The notes: a model not told the origin generated them from the letters alone. DNA of 64,000 nt from Thermoplasmata archaeon (GCA_034667725.1 JAXDQS010000003.1:128001-192000); one strand, 5' to 3'. Shown: positions 9,991 to 20,190, counted from the first letter of the stretch. A program made the numbers and translations.

Positions 9991-10638
9991 CTACGCGTCG
10001 GCCCCTTGGGCCGCCAGCCGCCGCTCCGCGAACGGCGCGGCGTCCCGCAGCGCCCGGGCCTCGAAGGCCGCGGTGGCGCCCGGCCCGAGGTCGCGGGGGT
10101 CGGTGGCGGCGCTGGCCACGTCGCCCACCGTGCCGTCCTCCAGGAGGAAGGTGGCGCACACCTTGACGCCGACCGCGGCGCCGGGGCCCGGGTTCGTCAC
10201 GGTGCCCGCGACCCGCTCGTGGCCGAGGCTGTCGAGGCGGGCCGTGCCCGTCACGGGAAGCTCCAGGACGGCCCCGCTTGCCCCGGGCACGGGGCTCAGG
10301 ACCCAGTCCGCGACGGCCGCGTCCTTGTCCTGGACGTCGACGCGGAAGCCGGAGCGGCCGCCCGCCGGCACCAGCGGCAGGCAAGCGTAGGTAAAGGTGG
10401 TGCCGGCGTCGGCGCCGGCGGCGTCCAGCAGCCGGGCCTCGACCTGGACGGCCAGGGCGTCGGCGCCGCGGTTCTCGACCTCGCCCACGAGGTGCAGGTA
10501 GCCGATGGTGTCGCGGTAGTGGCCGACGCCGCGCAGCACCAGGGCGCCCGCGCCATCATCCTCCATGGGCTCGATGGGGGCCGGGCCGCCGCAGCCGGCC
10601 AGCAAGACCATCACGAGGACCGGCAGGACGGGGCGCAT
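9991..10638 (-). CDS. Lipoprotein with two FxLYD-like Ig domains
   Basis: Lipobox LLAGC|G; repeated VGEVEN / AGTVTN...ATFLLEDG pattern. Confidence 0.7.
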   Translation of the reverse strand: MRPVLPVLVMVLLAGCGGPAPIEPMEDDGAGALVLRGVGHYRDTIGYLHLVGEVENRGADALAVQVEARLLDAAGADAGTTFTYACLPLVPAGGRSGFRVDVQDKDAAVADWVLSPVPGASGAVLELPVTGTARLDSLGHERVAGTVTNPGPGAAVGVKVCATFLLEDGTVGDVASAATDPRDLGPGATAAFEARALRDAAPFAERRLAAQGADA

Positions 10639-10697
10639 CGCGCGTCCGACCGTGCGGGGCGCGAAAAGGTTTGTAGGATGCGCCTGTGGCGCGCCCG

Positions 10698-11327
10698 ATG
10701 CGGCGGCGCGACCTCGAGGCGGCCTTGGCGGGCGTGCCCAGCCACGCCGACCCGAAGCCCGAGTTGGAGCAGTACCGCACGCCCGACAAGGTGGCGGCGG
10801 ACCTGCTGTGGGCGGCCGGCGAGGACGGCGCGGTGCGCGGCCGTCACGTGCTCGACCTCGGCTGCGGCACCGGCGTCCTCGGCATCGCGGCGGCGCTTTT
10901 GGGGGCCGCGCGCGTGACCGGCGTCGACGTGGACGCGCGGGCGCTGGCGATGGCGGCCGGGGCCGCCGGCTCGCTGCGGGTCGCCGACCGGTGCGCCTGG
11001 GTCGAGGCCGACGTCGCGGCGTGGGCGCCCGTGGCCGCCGACACGGTCGTGATGAACCCGCCGTTCGGCGCCCAGGCCGGCAACCGGCACGCCGACAAGC
11101 TGTTCCTCCGGAAGGCCGCCGACTGCGTGCGGCTCGGAGGCGACGGCACGGTGTGGACGCTGGCGCAGGTGCGCACCGAGCCGTTCTTGGGCACGTTCGC
11201 CAAGGAGCTGAAGTTCAGCGTGGAGCGCGTGGCCATGTGGGACTATCCGCTGGTGGCGACGATGGCGCACCACGAGCACGAGGTCCGCATGGTGCAGGTG
11301 GGCGGCTACCGCCTGGCGCCGCTCTGA
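10698..11327 (+). CDS. METTL5-like N6-adenine RNA methyltransferase
   Basis: LEQYRTP, VLDLGCGTG, MNPPFG, AHH near C-terminus. Confidence 0.9.
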   Translation: MRRRDLEAALAGVPSHADPKPELEQYRTPDKVAADLLWAAGEDGAVRGRHVLDLGCGTGVLGIAAALLGAARVTGVDVDARALAMAAGAAGSLRVADRCAWVEADVAAWAPVAADTVVMNPPFGAQAGNRHADKLFLRKAADCVRLGGDGTVWTLAQVRTEPFLGTFAKELKFSVERVAMWDYPLVATMAHHEHEVRMVQVGGYRLAPL

Positions 11328-11337
11328 ACATCCAAGG

Positions 11338-12975
11338 TCAGGCCAGGGGCAGCTTCGCGATGGCCGCCTCGGCGTCCGCCCGCGCGTCGGCCTCCCAGCC
11401 GTCCGCGAACCACGGCCGCTCCATCGTTGCAGTGTAGACCTTGACCGCCGCGCCGTCGCGGGTGTCGGGCCAGACCGGGTGGGCGGCGCGCCACGACGAG
11501 TCGATGTCGTTGTAGTCGCCGAGGAAGATCATGCCGTTCTGGTGGTGGCTCAGGGCCGGGTCCCAGCCGCCGTCGTCGGCCGCGCGCACGTCCACGGGGA
11601 CGCTCCAGGTGGCGCCGCCGTCGAGCGAGTAGCTGTACATCTGGGCGATGCGGGCGTGCTCCGGCAGGTCGCCGTTGGCCGGCACCATGTCGTGGGTGGC
11701 CTCCATCCAGGACACGTCGAGGACGCCGCCGGGGCTCACCGAGATTGCGGGCATGAGGCGCCAGTGCGGGTCGGGTTCGGAGACCAGCACCGGGTCCGAC
11801 CAGGTGGTGCCCTTGTCGAAGCTGGCGGCCACGAAGACGCCGGAGCCGTCGCCCGACGCGCAGCCGTCGCCCCAGTCGTCGAGGCAGGCGTCGTGCCACA
11901 CCACGTAGATGGCGTCGGCGAACGGCGACGCAGGGTTGCGGTCGGTGGCCATGGCCGGGAAGCCGGTGACGCGGTCGCGGGGGCTCAGGCCGGGGTGCTG
12001 GGCGGCGTGGACCTGCAGGATAGCGCGGTCCTCGTCCCAGGTGGCGCCCGTGTCGGTGCTGCGCCGCATGTGCACGTCGCTGCCGCTGGTCCACATGGCG
12101 TAGACCTCGGCGCCGGTGCCGACGTCCAAAAACGAGCCTTGGCCGGCGGTGCCGACGAGGGTGGCGAGCACCTCGGGGTCGGCGTAGGTCTTGCCGCCGT
12201 CGGTGCTGCGGAAGTAGACGTTGCCGGGCGCGAGGCTGGCGAGCCACATCACGTGGATGGTGCCGTCGGCGGACGCCGCGATCCAGCCCTTGTCATGGAA
12301 CGAGACGGGGTAGGAGCCCTCCAGCACGGGCGTGAAGGTGTGGAAGGTGTCGCCGCCGTCGTCACTCACGGCCACGATCTGGGTGGCGCGGTTGAAGGCC
12401 CAGTCGTTGAGGGCGCCGTCGGGCAGCTCGTCCTCGCCGGTCTTGCTGCCAGTGACGGGGTCGGTCTGGTACGCCATCAGCAGGTAGTACAGGTTCCCGT
12501 TGACGTCGAAGTAGGCCACCGGGTCCGTCGTGCACCAGAAGGTGGAGGCGTAGTTGGGCGTGAAGCCCGTCGGGTCCGACAGGGCGCGCCAGGGGGAGCC
12601 GTCGAAGCTGCGGTCGGCGTACGTCCTGCCGCCGTCGTGGGTCACGTAGACGCCGTCCCACACGCAGTCGCCCGCGTCCGGCGGGTAGTAGTCCTTGGCG
12701 CCGCCCACGACGTTGCGCGGGTCCTTCGGGTTCACGGCGATGGTGACCTCGTTGCCCTGCCGGCCCTCGTCGGGCGTCATGTTGAAGTCGCAGGCGGCGA
12801 GGCAGAGCGGGAACGGCACGGGCAGGCCGTTGGCGTCGTAGGCGGTGTAGTTGAAGCCGGAGCCGTGGCGCAGGTCGCGCTCGAACGCGGGCGGCGGCGA
12901 AGTGGTCTCGGGGCCGGTGCCGACGCAGCCGGCGACGAGGGCGGCCAACAGGAGGAACGCCACGAAGCGCGTCAT
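11338..12975 (-). CDS. Lipoprotein with BNR/Asp-box (sialidase-like) beta-propeller
   Basis: Lipobox VAGC|V; Asp boxes SDDGGDTF, STDGGKTY, STDTGATW, SFDKGTTW, SLDGGATW; GDYNDI. Confidence 0.85.
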   Translation of the reverse strand: MTRFVAFLLLAALVAGCVGTGPETTSPPPAFERDLRHGSGFNYTAYDANGLPVPFPLCLAACDFNMTPDEGRQGNEVTIAVNPKDPRNVVGGAKDYYPPDAGDCVWDGVYVTHDGGRTYADRSFDGSPWRALSDPTGFTPNYASTFWCTTDPVAYFDVNGNLYYLLMAYQTDPVTGSKTGEDELPDGALNDWAFNRATQIVAVSDDGGDTFHTFTPVLEGSYPVSFHDKGWIAASADGTIHVMWLASLAPGNVYFRSTDGGKTYADPEVLATLVGTAGQGSFLDVGTGAEVYAMWTSGSDVHMRRSTDTGATWDEDRAILQVHAAQHPGLSPRDRVTGFPAMATDRNPASPFADAIYVVWHDACLDDWGDGCASGDGSGVFVAASFDKGTTWSDPVLVSEPDPHWRLMPAISVSPGGVLDVSWMEATHDMVPANGDLPEHARIAQMYSYSLDGGATWSVPVDVRAADDGGWDPALSHHQNGMIFLGDYNDIDSSWRAAHPVWPDTRDGAAVKVYTATMERPWFADGWEADARADAEAAIAKLPLA

Positions 12976-12999
12976 CGCCGCGCGACTTGGCGGGGGCGG

Positions 13000-13737
13000 T
13001 TAAAGGGTTGCCTCGGGCGGCGCCGTGAACACGTCCAGCCCGAGCTGCTTCGGCGCCACCAGGTCCCTCGCCGTCGCCCATGTCGTGCGGGTCCCCTCGG
13101 GCAGCTCGCGGAACTCGGCCCAGTACGCCTTGAGGAACGCCTGCGTCAGCGGGTCGGAGGCGTAGCCGGACCCAAGCGGCAGGTTGAGCTTGCGCTCCAG
13201 CCGGCGGGCCAGCTCCGCGATGGCCTTGTCGCGCGCGACCTTGGCGACGATGCTGGCGGCGCCCACGATGGGGAACTTGAGGTCGGCGCCATGCTGCGAC
13301 ACCACCTCGGTCCCCGGCGGCAGCGCGGTGGCCAACTCGCGGCCGAAGCGCGCCTCGTTCACGTCCGCCGCGTCGATCCACGCCTTGTGCGGCGCGAGCG
13401 TCCGCGCGATGTCCTGGAAGCGGCGCATCTCGATGACGTTGAGGCTGGTGCCCTCGCGCCGCTCGGCGTCCAGCACGTCGGCGTCCACGACCCGGACCTC
13501 GATGCGCACCGACGATTCGGCCCGGAGGGCGCGGTCGAGGGCGTTGCGGCGGTCGGGCGACAGGAGCTTCGAGTCGGTGCAGCCCAGCCGCTTGAACAGC
13601 TTGGGCTCGGCGCTTGCGACCCCGGCCATCACGATGGGGCCCATGACCGGGCCGCGGCCGGCCTCGTCCATGCCGGCGCACACGGGCATCGTCGCCAGCA
13701 CGGCAGGGTCGATGGGGGCCTTGCGCCGCGGCGCCAC
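13000..13737 (-). CDS. rnhB: Ribonuclease HII
   Basis: GMDEAGRGPVMGP, DSKLL, AASIVAKV, GSGYASDP; C-terminal PIP-like KQLGLDVF. Confidence 0.96.
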   Translation of the reverse strand: MAPRRKAPIDPAVLATMPVCAGMDEAGRGPVMGPIVMAGVASAEPKLFKRLGCTDSKLLSPDRRNALDRALRAESSVRIEVRVVDADVLDAERREGTSLNVIEMRRFQDIARTLAPHKAWIDAADVNEARFGRELATALPPGTEVVSQHGADLKFPIVGAASIVAKVARDKAIAELARRLERKLNLPLGSGYASDPLTQAFLKAYWAEFRELPEGTRTTWATARDLVAPKQLGLDVFTAPPEATL

Positions 13738-13810
13738 GATGGGTTCGACTCGGCCGCCCTCCTTGAAGCCTGGGGTCGGGCCTTAAACGCCGACGGACCC
13801 ATGGCGGCCT

Positions 13811-14266
13811 GTGCTGGACAGTCCTGGCGTGTGGACCGCGACGACGTTCCTCATCCTGGGCATCCTGTTCCTCCTGGTCGAGGTGTTCAACCCCGGCTTC
13901 TTCATCGCGGTGCCGGGCGGGACGCTGTTCATCATGGGCGGCATCGGCCTGCTTGCGCCCGACCTGATGTTCGGCTCGCCGTGGGCCTGGCTGCTCTGGC
14001 CGCTGGCCGCCGTGCTGTCCACCGGCGCCAACCTGTTCCTCTACAAGCGCTGGGCCCCCGCCGGCGACCGGCCCTTGACGCTGGGCAGCGACTCCTTGCC
14101 CGGCCAGGTCGCCACCGTGGTGACCCCCATCGCCCCCGGCGGCCGCGGCGAAATCCGCATCGCCGGCCAGACCTGGTCCGCCCGCTCGGCCGTCGCCATC
14201 CCGGCCGGCGCCGAGGCGCGCATCGTGCGCGTCGAGGGCGTGTACGCCGTCGTCGAGCCCGCGTAG
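13811..14266 (+). CDS. NfeD family membrane protein
   Basis: N-terminal TMs with E.F.PGFF; OB-fold GEIRIAGQTWSARS...VVRVEG-type C-terminus. Confidence 0.85.
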   Translation: MLDSPGVWTATTFLILGILFLLVEVFNPGFFIAVPGGTLFIMGGIGLLAPDLMFGSPWAWLLWPLAAVLSTGANLFLYKRWAPAGDRPLTLGSDSLPGQVATVVTPIAPGGRGEIRIAGQTWSARSAVAIPAGAEARIVRVEGVYAVVEPA

Positions 14267-14328
14267 GCTGCACACTCTAGCAGGCCCTCCAGCAGGCTTA
14301 TCCTGCCCGCGGCGGGCTGCGTGGACCC

Positions 14329-14889
14329 ATGCGCCCTGCATCCCTGGCCCTCCCCGCCTTGGCCCTCCTTCTGCTGCTGCCCGCCGCCCAAGCCCAGGTG
14401 CCCTCCGAGATTCCCTTCATGATCACCAACGCCCAGGTCGCGGACGCCATCGGCCCCGGCGAGACCACCAAGGTGTCGTTCCAGGCGGTCCGCGCCTGCT
14501 CCACCACCTCCCCCATCCTGCCCGCCGGCACCCTGCAACTGGAGCGCGCCGCGAGCCCCTTCGTCACCCTCACCGGCGCCATGGACGTCCCCGTGCCGGA
14601 GCACAACTGCCTCACCAGCGGCCACCAGGCCATCGCCTTCGAGCTGCAGGCCACGGCCGGCCCCGAGATCCCTGAAGGCATCGCCTCCGAGGCCGTCCTG
14701 CTGCGCGCCCACGTCGACCAGGCGTCGCCGACGCACACCACCACCTCCGAGTCGGCCATCAGCTTCATCGTGCCCTTCAAGGCCAAGCCCGTCCCCGACT
14801 CCTACATCGGCCCCGTCGAGGAGAGCCCCGTGCTGGCGCCCGGCGTCATCCTGGCGGCCCTCGGCGCCCTGGCCTCCCGCAAGCGTTAG
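14329..14889 (+). CDS. Secreted protein with C-terminal sorting-signal-like tail
   Basis: Signal peptide; tail ESPVLAPGVILAALGALASRKR (Pro motif, TM, basic). Confidence 0.7.
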   Translation: MRPASLALPALALLLLLPAAQAQVPSEIPFMITNAQVADAIGPGETTKVSFQAVRACSTTSPILPAGTLQLERAASPFVTLTGAMDVPVPEHNCLTSGHQAIAFELQATAGPEIPEGIASEAVLLRAHVDQASPTHTTTSESAISFIVPFKAKPVPDSYIGPVEESPVLAPGVILAALGALASRKR

Positions 14890-15911
14890 TTGGAGTCGGC
14901 CAGGAACTCGTCGAACACGTAGTGCTCCATCGGCCGGATGCCGAGAACGATCTCCAGCTCCTGCGGCGTCAGGAACGGCTGCTTGTAGCGGCCCTGGTCG
15001 TCGATCGGCACCCGCGGGCACGCGACCCCCACGAAGGCGTCGAGGTGGCGGAAATAGAGCAGCGTCTCCGGCGAGATCTGCTTGTTCTGGATGATGTAGC
15101 CGGTCTTGCCGTGCGCCTGGAGCTGGGCGAGCACCTTCTTGGCGAGGTTGAACCGCATCTGGCCCGCCTTGGTGGAGACCACGATGCCGAACGACTTGGC
15201 CTGCTTGGCGTTCCCGATGGCGGCCCAGCGCTGCTTGAGGATGCGGCCCTTGGCCTCCGTCAGCGTCCGCACCGTGTTGGTGTAGGGGTCCGCCGCCGTG
15301 ATGCGCTTCTCCGTCTCCAGCGCGAGGGCGAGCGGGTGGAAGTCGCCGCTGCCGATGAAGATGAACTCGTCCACGTCGCACTTGACCGCCGCGATGACGT
15401 TGCAGCCCAGAAGCTGGCCGCGCAGGGCGGTGCGCTTGTCGCCCAGCATCGTGACCGGCTCGAAGCCGTGCTCCCGAAGGATGCGTTCCGCGACGTCGAG
15501 CTTGTGGACGTGCTGCGCCGTGGTGGTGACGCCGATGCGGGGGCCCTTCATCTGGGCGCAGGCGGCCTTCACGACCTCCTCGATCGGGTGGACCGAGTGG
15601 GCGGGGACGTAGTAGACCTGGACGCCGAAATCCGTTTTGACGGACGGCATGGGACTGTGCCCGAAGTGGATCATCACCTCGATGCCGAGCTTCGCCATCT
15701 CGTCGTCGCACAGGTCGCAGGCGCCATAGCACGGGTCGGCCGAGACGACGGGCAGGGCGCCGGTCTCGCGCTGGACGATCTCCGCGATGTGGGTGCCGTA
15801 GTCCCGCAGGCCGTCGGGGAACTGGAGGCCGATGCTCTGGAGGCCCGGGTGCGCCTGCTTGATGCGAGGCAGCAGCTCCTCGAAGTCGAGGTGGTAGCCG
15901 AACAGCTCCAT
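14886..15911 (-). CDS. dph2: Diphthamide biosynthesis enzyme Dph2
   Basis: LQFPDGL, CYGACD, HFGHS, QLLGC, ACPRVPIDD. Confidence 0.96.
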   Translation of the reverse strand: MELFGYHLDFEELLPRIKQAHPGLQSIGLQFPDGLRDYGTHIAEIVQRETGALPVVSADPCYGACDLCDDEMAKLGIEVMIHFGHSPMPSVKTDFGVQVYYVPAHSVHPIEEVVKAACAQMKGPRIGVTTTAQHVHKLDVAERILREHGFEPVTMLGDKRTALRGQLLGCNVIAAVKCDVDEFIFIGSGDFHPLALALETEKRITAADPYTNTVRTLTEAKGRILKQRWAAIGNAKQAKSFGIVVSTKAGQMRFNLAKKVLAQLQAHGKTGYIIQNKQISPETLLYFRHLDAFVGVACPRVPIDDQGRYKQPFLTPQELEIVLGIRPMEHYVFDEFLADSN

Positions 15912-15957
15912 GGGCAAGCGTCCGACGAGGGGGGCGGTTTAGGGCTTTGCCTCCGGG

Positions 15958-16220
15958 GGCGGGACGCGACGGGCACTGATGTTCCCAGATTCGGAAGATT
16001 CCCACAGACGGTCTGTGGAATTTTTGCAGGCCCCGCCAGAACCAAAGCCAGGTCTGTGGAATCTGTGTGCGTCGGGAACCGAACGGGCACTGATTTTCTC
16101 AGATTCGGATGATTCCCACAGAGGCCTGTGGAATATGTGTCCAGTCGGCGGGACGCGACGAGCACTGATTTTCCCAGATTCGGAAGATCTCCACAGAACT
16201 CTGTGGAATCTGCGTCCAGT
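15958..16220. repeat. Composite repeat element A: ~73-bp palindromic units
   Basis: Three near-complete copies of GCACTGATTTTCCCAGATTCGGAAGATTCCCACAGA-N3-TCTGTGGAAT plus a half unit; inverted copy at 19866-20160. Confidence 0.9.
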
Positions 16221-16228
16221 CAGCAGCC

Positions 16229-17479
16229 CTACTCGTACGCAAGGGCCTGGATCGGCTGGATCCGCGTCGCCCGCCGTGCCGGCAGGAACCCCGCCGCGGC
16301 GCCGACGAACAGGCCGATGGCCAGGCAGATCCCGACCCATTCGTAGGGAATCACAGGCGGGATGCCGAACAGGCCCCGCACGATGCCCATCCCAAGCCCG
16401 AGGCCCAGCCCGATGGCCAGCACCGAGCCCAGGATGCCGATCAGCATCGACTCGACCAAGAACAGGCGCAGCACCTGGCCGTTCTTGGCGCCGATGGCCT
16501 TGAGGACGCCGATCTCGCGGGTGCGCTCGGTGACGCTCACCAGCATGATGTTGGCGATGCCGATGGCGCCGACCACGAGCGAGACGCCGCCGATGGCGCC
16601 CACGAACAGGGTCACCTGGCCGAAGGTGCGGGAGATGCTGGCCTGGATGTCGTCGGCGGTCGCGACCAGCATCGACTGGCCGTCCTGGCGCAGCCGGTTG
16701 GCGTCGGAGCCGTGCTCGACGAAGGCGGTGACGCGGTCGCGCACCTCGTCCACCTTGCGGACGTCGGCGGCCACGACGTTGAGCGCGGAGAACACGCGGA
16801 CGGTGGCGCCGGTGGACGGGCTTGCGCGGGTGGTGGCGTAGAACGGGTCGACGGGGACGAAGACGCGGCCGTTGCGGTCGCCGAACAGCGACTCGTCGCG
16901 GGTGAGGACGCCGGCGACGGTGGCGGCCTGGGTGCGGCCGTCCTGGAAGCGGACGGTGATGGCGTCGCCTGCCTGGACGGAGCCGTTGCCGAGCAGTTGG
17001 GCGACCCCGGCGCCGAGGACGAGCTGGGGCTTGCCGGACTCGAAGGCCTTGCCGGCGGCGTAGCCGGAGGGCTCGCGAAGCTCGTCGGCGTCCGGGGTGG
17101 TGGCGGTGAGGCGCTCGAAGGTCAGCTCCTTGCCGTTCCATGCCAGGCTGCTGGCGGGCAGCTCGGCGGACACCAGGACGCGCTCGACGCCGTCCAAGGC
17201 GGCGATGCGGTCGATGTCGACCTGGGTGAAGATGTTGCACGCCGTCATGCAGTCCGGCGGCCCTTGGTCGACGGGGGTGAGGGTGCTGGTGACGAAGATG
17301 GATTTCTGGTCGACCGAGTCGAACTGGCTGACGATGGTCTCCTCGAAGCTGGCGCCGATGACGACGACGCCGAGGACGGAGCCGATGCCGATGATGACGC
17401 CGAGGATGGTGAGGATGCTGCGCACCTTGTGGCCCCAGAGGTTGCTGGCGGCCATCCGGAGGGTCTCGCCGAACCGCAT
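16229..17479 (-). CDS. MacB/FtsX-type ABC transporter permease
   Basis: [53 protein letters not shown]. Confidence 0.95.
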   Translation of the reverse strand: MRFGETLRMAASNLWGHKVRSILTILGVIIGIGSVLGVVVIGASFEETIVSQFDSVDQKSIFVTSTLTPVDQGPPDCMTACNIFTQVDIDRIAALDGVERVLVSAELPASSLAWNGKELTFERLTATTPDADELREPSGYAAGKAFESGKPQLVLGAGVAQLLGNGSVQAGDAITVRFQDGRTQAATVAGVLTRDESLFGDRNGRVFVPVDPFYATTRASPSTGATVRVFSALNVVAADVRKVDEVRDRVTAFVEHGSDANRLRQDGQSMLVATADDIQASISRTFGQVTLFVGAIGGVSLVVGAIGIANIMLVSVTERTREIGVLKAIGAKNGQVLRLFLVESMLIGILGSVLAIGLGLGLGMGIVRGLFGIPPVIPYEWVGICLAIGLFVGAAAGFLPARRATRIQPIQALAYE

Positions 17480-18258
17480 CAGGGCCGCCTCCGGACGGGA
17501 TGGGGCCCGCTGATTGGCAAGCGGCGGCCAGGCAAGGGCACCGAGGGCGCCGGCGCGGGGGGCGCCTTGGGGTGGACCTGTTCGTCGCGCTCCAGCACGC
17601 CGTCCTGGATGCGCAGGATGCGCTGGGCGTGGCGGGCCATCGACTCGTCGTGCGTGACCTGGATGATGGTGCGGCCCTGCGCGTGCAGCCGGCCGAACAG
17701 CGCCATGAGCTCGCGGCTGGTGGCGGAGTCGAGGTTGCCCGTCGGCTCGTCGGCAAGCAGGATGGGCGGGTCGAGCGCGAGGGCGCGGGCGATGGCGACG
17801 CGCTGCTTCTGGCCGCCCGAGAGCTGGGCGGGCCGGTGGTGCAGGCGGTCGCCGAGCCCGACGGCGTCGAGGAGCTCGGCGGCGCGGGCCTTGCGGCGCG
17901 CGGCCGGCCAGCCGGCGACGGCCATGGGGAGGGCCACGTTCTGCTGGGCGGTGAGGCGCGGCATGAGGTTGAAGCCCTGGAACACGAAGCCCAGCAGGTC
18001 GCGGCGGGCCTCGGCGGCGGCGTCGGGGGTGAGCTTGCCGACGTCGCGGCCCATGAGGCGGAGGGTGCCGGCGGTGGGGCGGTCGAGGATGCCGACCAGG
18101 TGCAGCAGGGTGGACTTGCCGGAGCCGCTGGGGCCCATGATGGAGACGAAGGCGCCGCGCGGGATGGTGAAGCCAAGGCCCTTGAGGACCTCGACGTCGC
18201 TTTCGCCGGCGCGGTACGATTTCCGCAGGCCGGCTGCGACGATGGCGGGTTCGCCCAC
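17479..18258 (-). CDS. ABC transporter ATP-binding protein (LolD/MacB-like)
   Basis: [34 protein letters not shown]. Confidence 0.96.
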   Translation of the reverse strand: MGEPAIVAAGLRKSYRAGESDVEVLKGLGFTIPRGAFVSIMGPSGSGKSTLLHLVGILDRPTAGTLRLMGRDVGKLTPDAAAEARRDLLGFVFQGFNLMPRLTAQQNVALPMAVAGWPAARRKARAAELLDAVGLGDRLHHRPAQLSGGQKQRVAIARALALDPPILLADEPTGNLDSATSRELMALFGRLHAQGRTIIQVTHDESMARHAQRILRIQDGVLERDEQVHPKAPPAPAPSVPLPGRRLPISGPHPVRRRP

Positions 18259-18265
18259 GCTCAGG

Positions 18266-18838
18266 TCAAGGCGTGCCGGACTTCAGGGCTTCCTTCCAGC
18301 CGGTGATGCGCAGGTGGGCGATGACCGGGAGGAACAGGTCGCCAAGGCGCTTGCCCTTGGGCGTGAGGGTGTACTCGACCCGGACGGGGACCTCGGGGTA
18401 CACAGTGCGGGCGACGATGCCGAGGCTCTCCAGCTCCTTGAGGCGGATGCTGAGGGTGCGGCTGCCGATGCCGGGGAGGTTCTCCTTGAGCTCGTTGAAG
18501 CGGCGGGGCTCCTTCATCCGCAGCAGGAAGCACACCTCGATGCTCCACTTTTGCAGCAGGGGGTTGAGGGCCTCGACGGACTTGCGGACCTCGCGCTCCA
18601 GGTCGCCGAAGCCGGTGAGCCAGGTGACCACTTGGTCCATGGCCTTGCGGTGGCCTTCGGCGAGGTCGTCGAGGAAGGCGTCGAGCTGGCCGATCATGAC
18701 CTCGTTGAGCTCCTGCTGTTCCTTGCTGGGCCGCGGCTTGGAGGGGTCGGGGAGGTCCTTCGGGCTGGGCGGGCGGGGGGCCCGCTGCTGGCGCGCGCCC
18801 TTGGTGTCGTCCGGGATACCTGGAGTAGCGCCCATCAC
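18266..18838 (-). CDS. HxlR-family winged-helix transcriptional regulator
   Basis: [34 protein letters not shown]. Confidence 0.9.
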   Translation of the reverse strand: MMGATPGIPDDTKGARQQRAPRPPSPKDLPDPSKPRPSKEQQELNEVMIGQLDAFLDDLAEGHRKAMDQVVTWLTGFGDLEREVRKSVEALNPLLQKWSIEVCFLLRMKEPRRFNELKENLPGIGSRTLSIRLKELESLGIVARTVYPEVPVRVEYTLTPKGKRLGDLFLPVIAHLRITGWKEALKSGTP

Positions 18839-18934
18839 TGCCCCCCTTATACCGCCCTTTCACATCTAGGTTCTGTTCAGAAAGCAGTGTCGCTTATGGC
18901 GGCTGCTTCCAAAATGAAACCGCAGGCCCTTCCC

Positions 18935-19861
18935 ATGGACGAACTCGACACCCCAAGCAGCGACCCCTTCCCGTTCCACCATGACAACGGATGGAGCAAG
19001 GCCCTCGTCCTGGTCTTCGTCATCCTCCCCCTGCTGGCGTTCGGCTTCGGCGTCTGGTCCTTCTGGGGCGTCGGCGTCGGCGTGTTCGAGCTGACCCTGC
19101 TGGCGGTCATGTGGACCGTCACCGGCCTCGGCATCAGCGTCGGCTTCCACCGCATGCTCACCCACCGCGCCGTCACCCTGCGCGCCCCCGCCCGCTTCAC
19201 CATGCTGGTCCTCGGCACCATGTCGATGCAGGGCCCCGCCTCCGACTGGGCGGCCACCCACATCCGGCACCACGCCAAGGCCGACCGCGAAGGCGACCCC
19301 CACAGCCCCCTCGAAGGCTTCTGGCACGCCCACTTCGGCTGGCTCCTCCGGGACCGCTTCGTCCGCGACGGCCTGGCCCACGAGAAGCTCATGGCCGACC
19401 CCGTCACCCGCTTCGTCAGCAACACCTGGGTCGTCTGGGCCACCCTCGGCATGGTCATCCCCGGCATCGTCGGCTGGCTCGTCGTCGGCGGCGTCTGGGG
19501 CTTCGTGGACGGCCTGCTGTGGGGCGGCTTCGTCCGCGTCTTTTTGGGCCACCACATCACCTGGAGCGTCAACTCCCTCGGCCACATGTTCGGCACCCGG
19601 CCGTTCGCCATCCAGGACCGCGCCACCAACAACTTCCTCGTCGCCCTCCTGGGCTGGGGCGAAGGCTGGCACAACAACCACCACGCCTTCCCCCGCGCCG
19701 CCTTCATCGGCATGCGCTGGTACCAGGTCGACGCCGGCAAGATGCTGATTCGCGTCCTGCAGGTCCTCGGGCAAGTGCGCAGCATCCACATGCCGACGCG
19801 CGAGGAGCGGCAGGCGAAGCGCGCCCGGCGGGCCAAGAGCAAGAAGCCGGCGGCGGCCTGA
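18935..19861 (+). CDS. Membrane acyl-CoA (delta-9-type) fatty acid desaturase
   Basis: His boxes [23 protein letters not shown]; DPHSP; VNSLGH; start could be 18896 or 18914. Confidence 0.92.
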   Translation: MDELDTPSSDPFPFHHDNGWSKALVLVFVILPLLAFGFGVWSFWGVGVGVFELTLLAVMWTVTGLGISVGFHRMLTHRAVTLRAPARFTMLVLGTMSMQGPASDWAATHIRHHAKADREGDPHSPLEGFWHAHFGWLLRDRFVRDGLAHEKLMADPVTRFVSNTWVVWATLGMVIPGIVGWLVVGGVWGFVDGLLWGGFVRVFLGHHITWSVNSLGHMFGTRPFAIQDRATNNFLVALLGWGEGWHNNHHAFPRAAFIGMRWYQVDAGKMLIRVLQVLGQVRSIHMPTREERQAKRARRAKSKKPAAA

Positions 19862-19865
19862 GCGA

Positions 19866-20160
19866 ACTGGACACAGAGTTCACAGACTTCTGTGGGAATC
19901 TTCCGAATCTAAGGGAATCCGTGCCCGTCGCGTCTCCCGCCGACTGGACACAGATTCCACAGACTTCTGCGGAGATCCTCCGAATCTGGGTGAGTCAGTG
20001 CCGTTCGGCTCCCGGCGCACACAGATTCCACAGACCTGGCTTTGGTTCTGGCGGGGCCTGCAAAAATTCCACAGACCGTCTGTGGGAATCTTCCGAATCT
20101 GAGAAAATCAGTGCTGGTCGCGCCCCAGGATGGGCACAGATTCCACAGACCCTTCTGGGA
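19866..20160. repeat. Composite repeat element B (inverted copy of element A plus one degenerate half unit)
   Basis: 20016-20101 is the exact reverse complement of 15986-16071 (86 bp); same unit and linker order as A. Confidence 0.9.
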
Positions 20161-20190
20161 GAAACCGAACGCGCGTGCCGCTCCTGGTCT

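Noticed and set aside
13811-14266. NfeD without an adjacent SPFH/stomatin partner as a novelty
   Set aside because: The partner may be elsewhere in the genome; this cannot be judged from one window.
11479-14280. Long alternative-frame and antisense ORFs (e.g. 933 aa here, 1372 aa at 23634, 1281 aa at 59049)
   Set aside because: Shadow ORFs expected at high GC; Arg/Gly/Pro-rich and overlapping genes with clear motifs.
15674-16503. ORFs running through repeat A (15674-16165, 15979-16503) and equivalents in repeat B
   Set aside because: Their repeated peptides are by-products of the DNA repeat and they overlap dph2 or the permease.
16712-19861. 1049-aa desaturase fusion, and similar long N-terminal extensions on PheT, FEN1, UvrC and MfnA in the ORF track
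   Set aside because: The extensions are antisense to, or overlap, real neighbouring genes; downstream starts fit the promoter spacing.
15958-20160. CRISPR arrays
   Set aside because: Units are ~60-73 bp and degenerate, linkers are short and recur between the two elements, and no cas genes are in the window.
15958-20160. Replication origin (ORB- or DnaA-box-like TTCCAC motifs)
   Set aside because: No cdc6/orc1 nearby, no AT-rich unwinding element and no G-string; the resemblance covers only a few bases.
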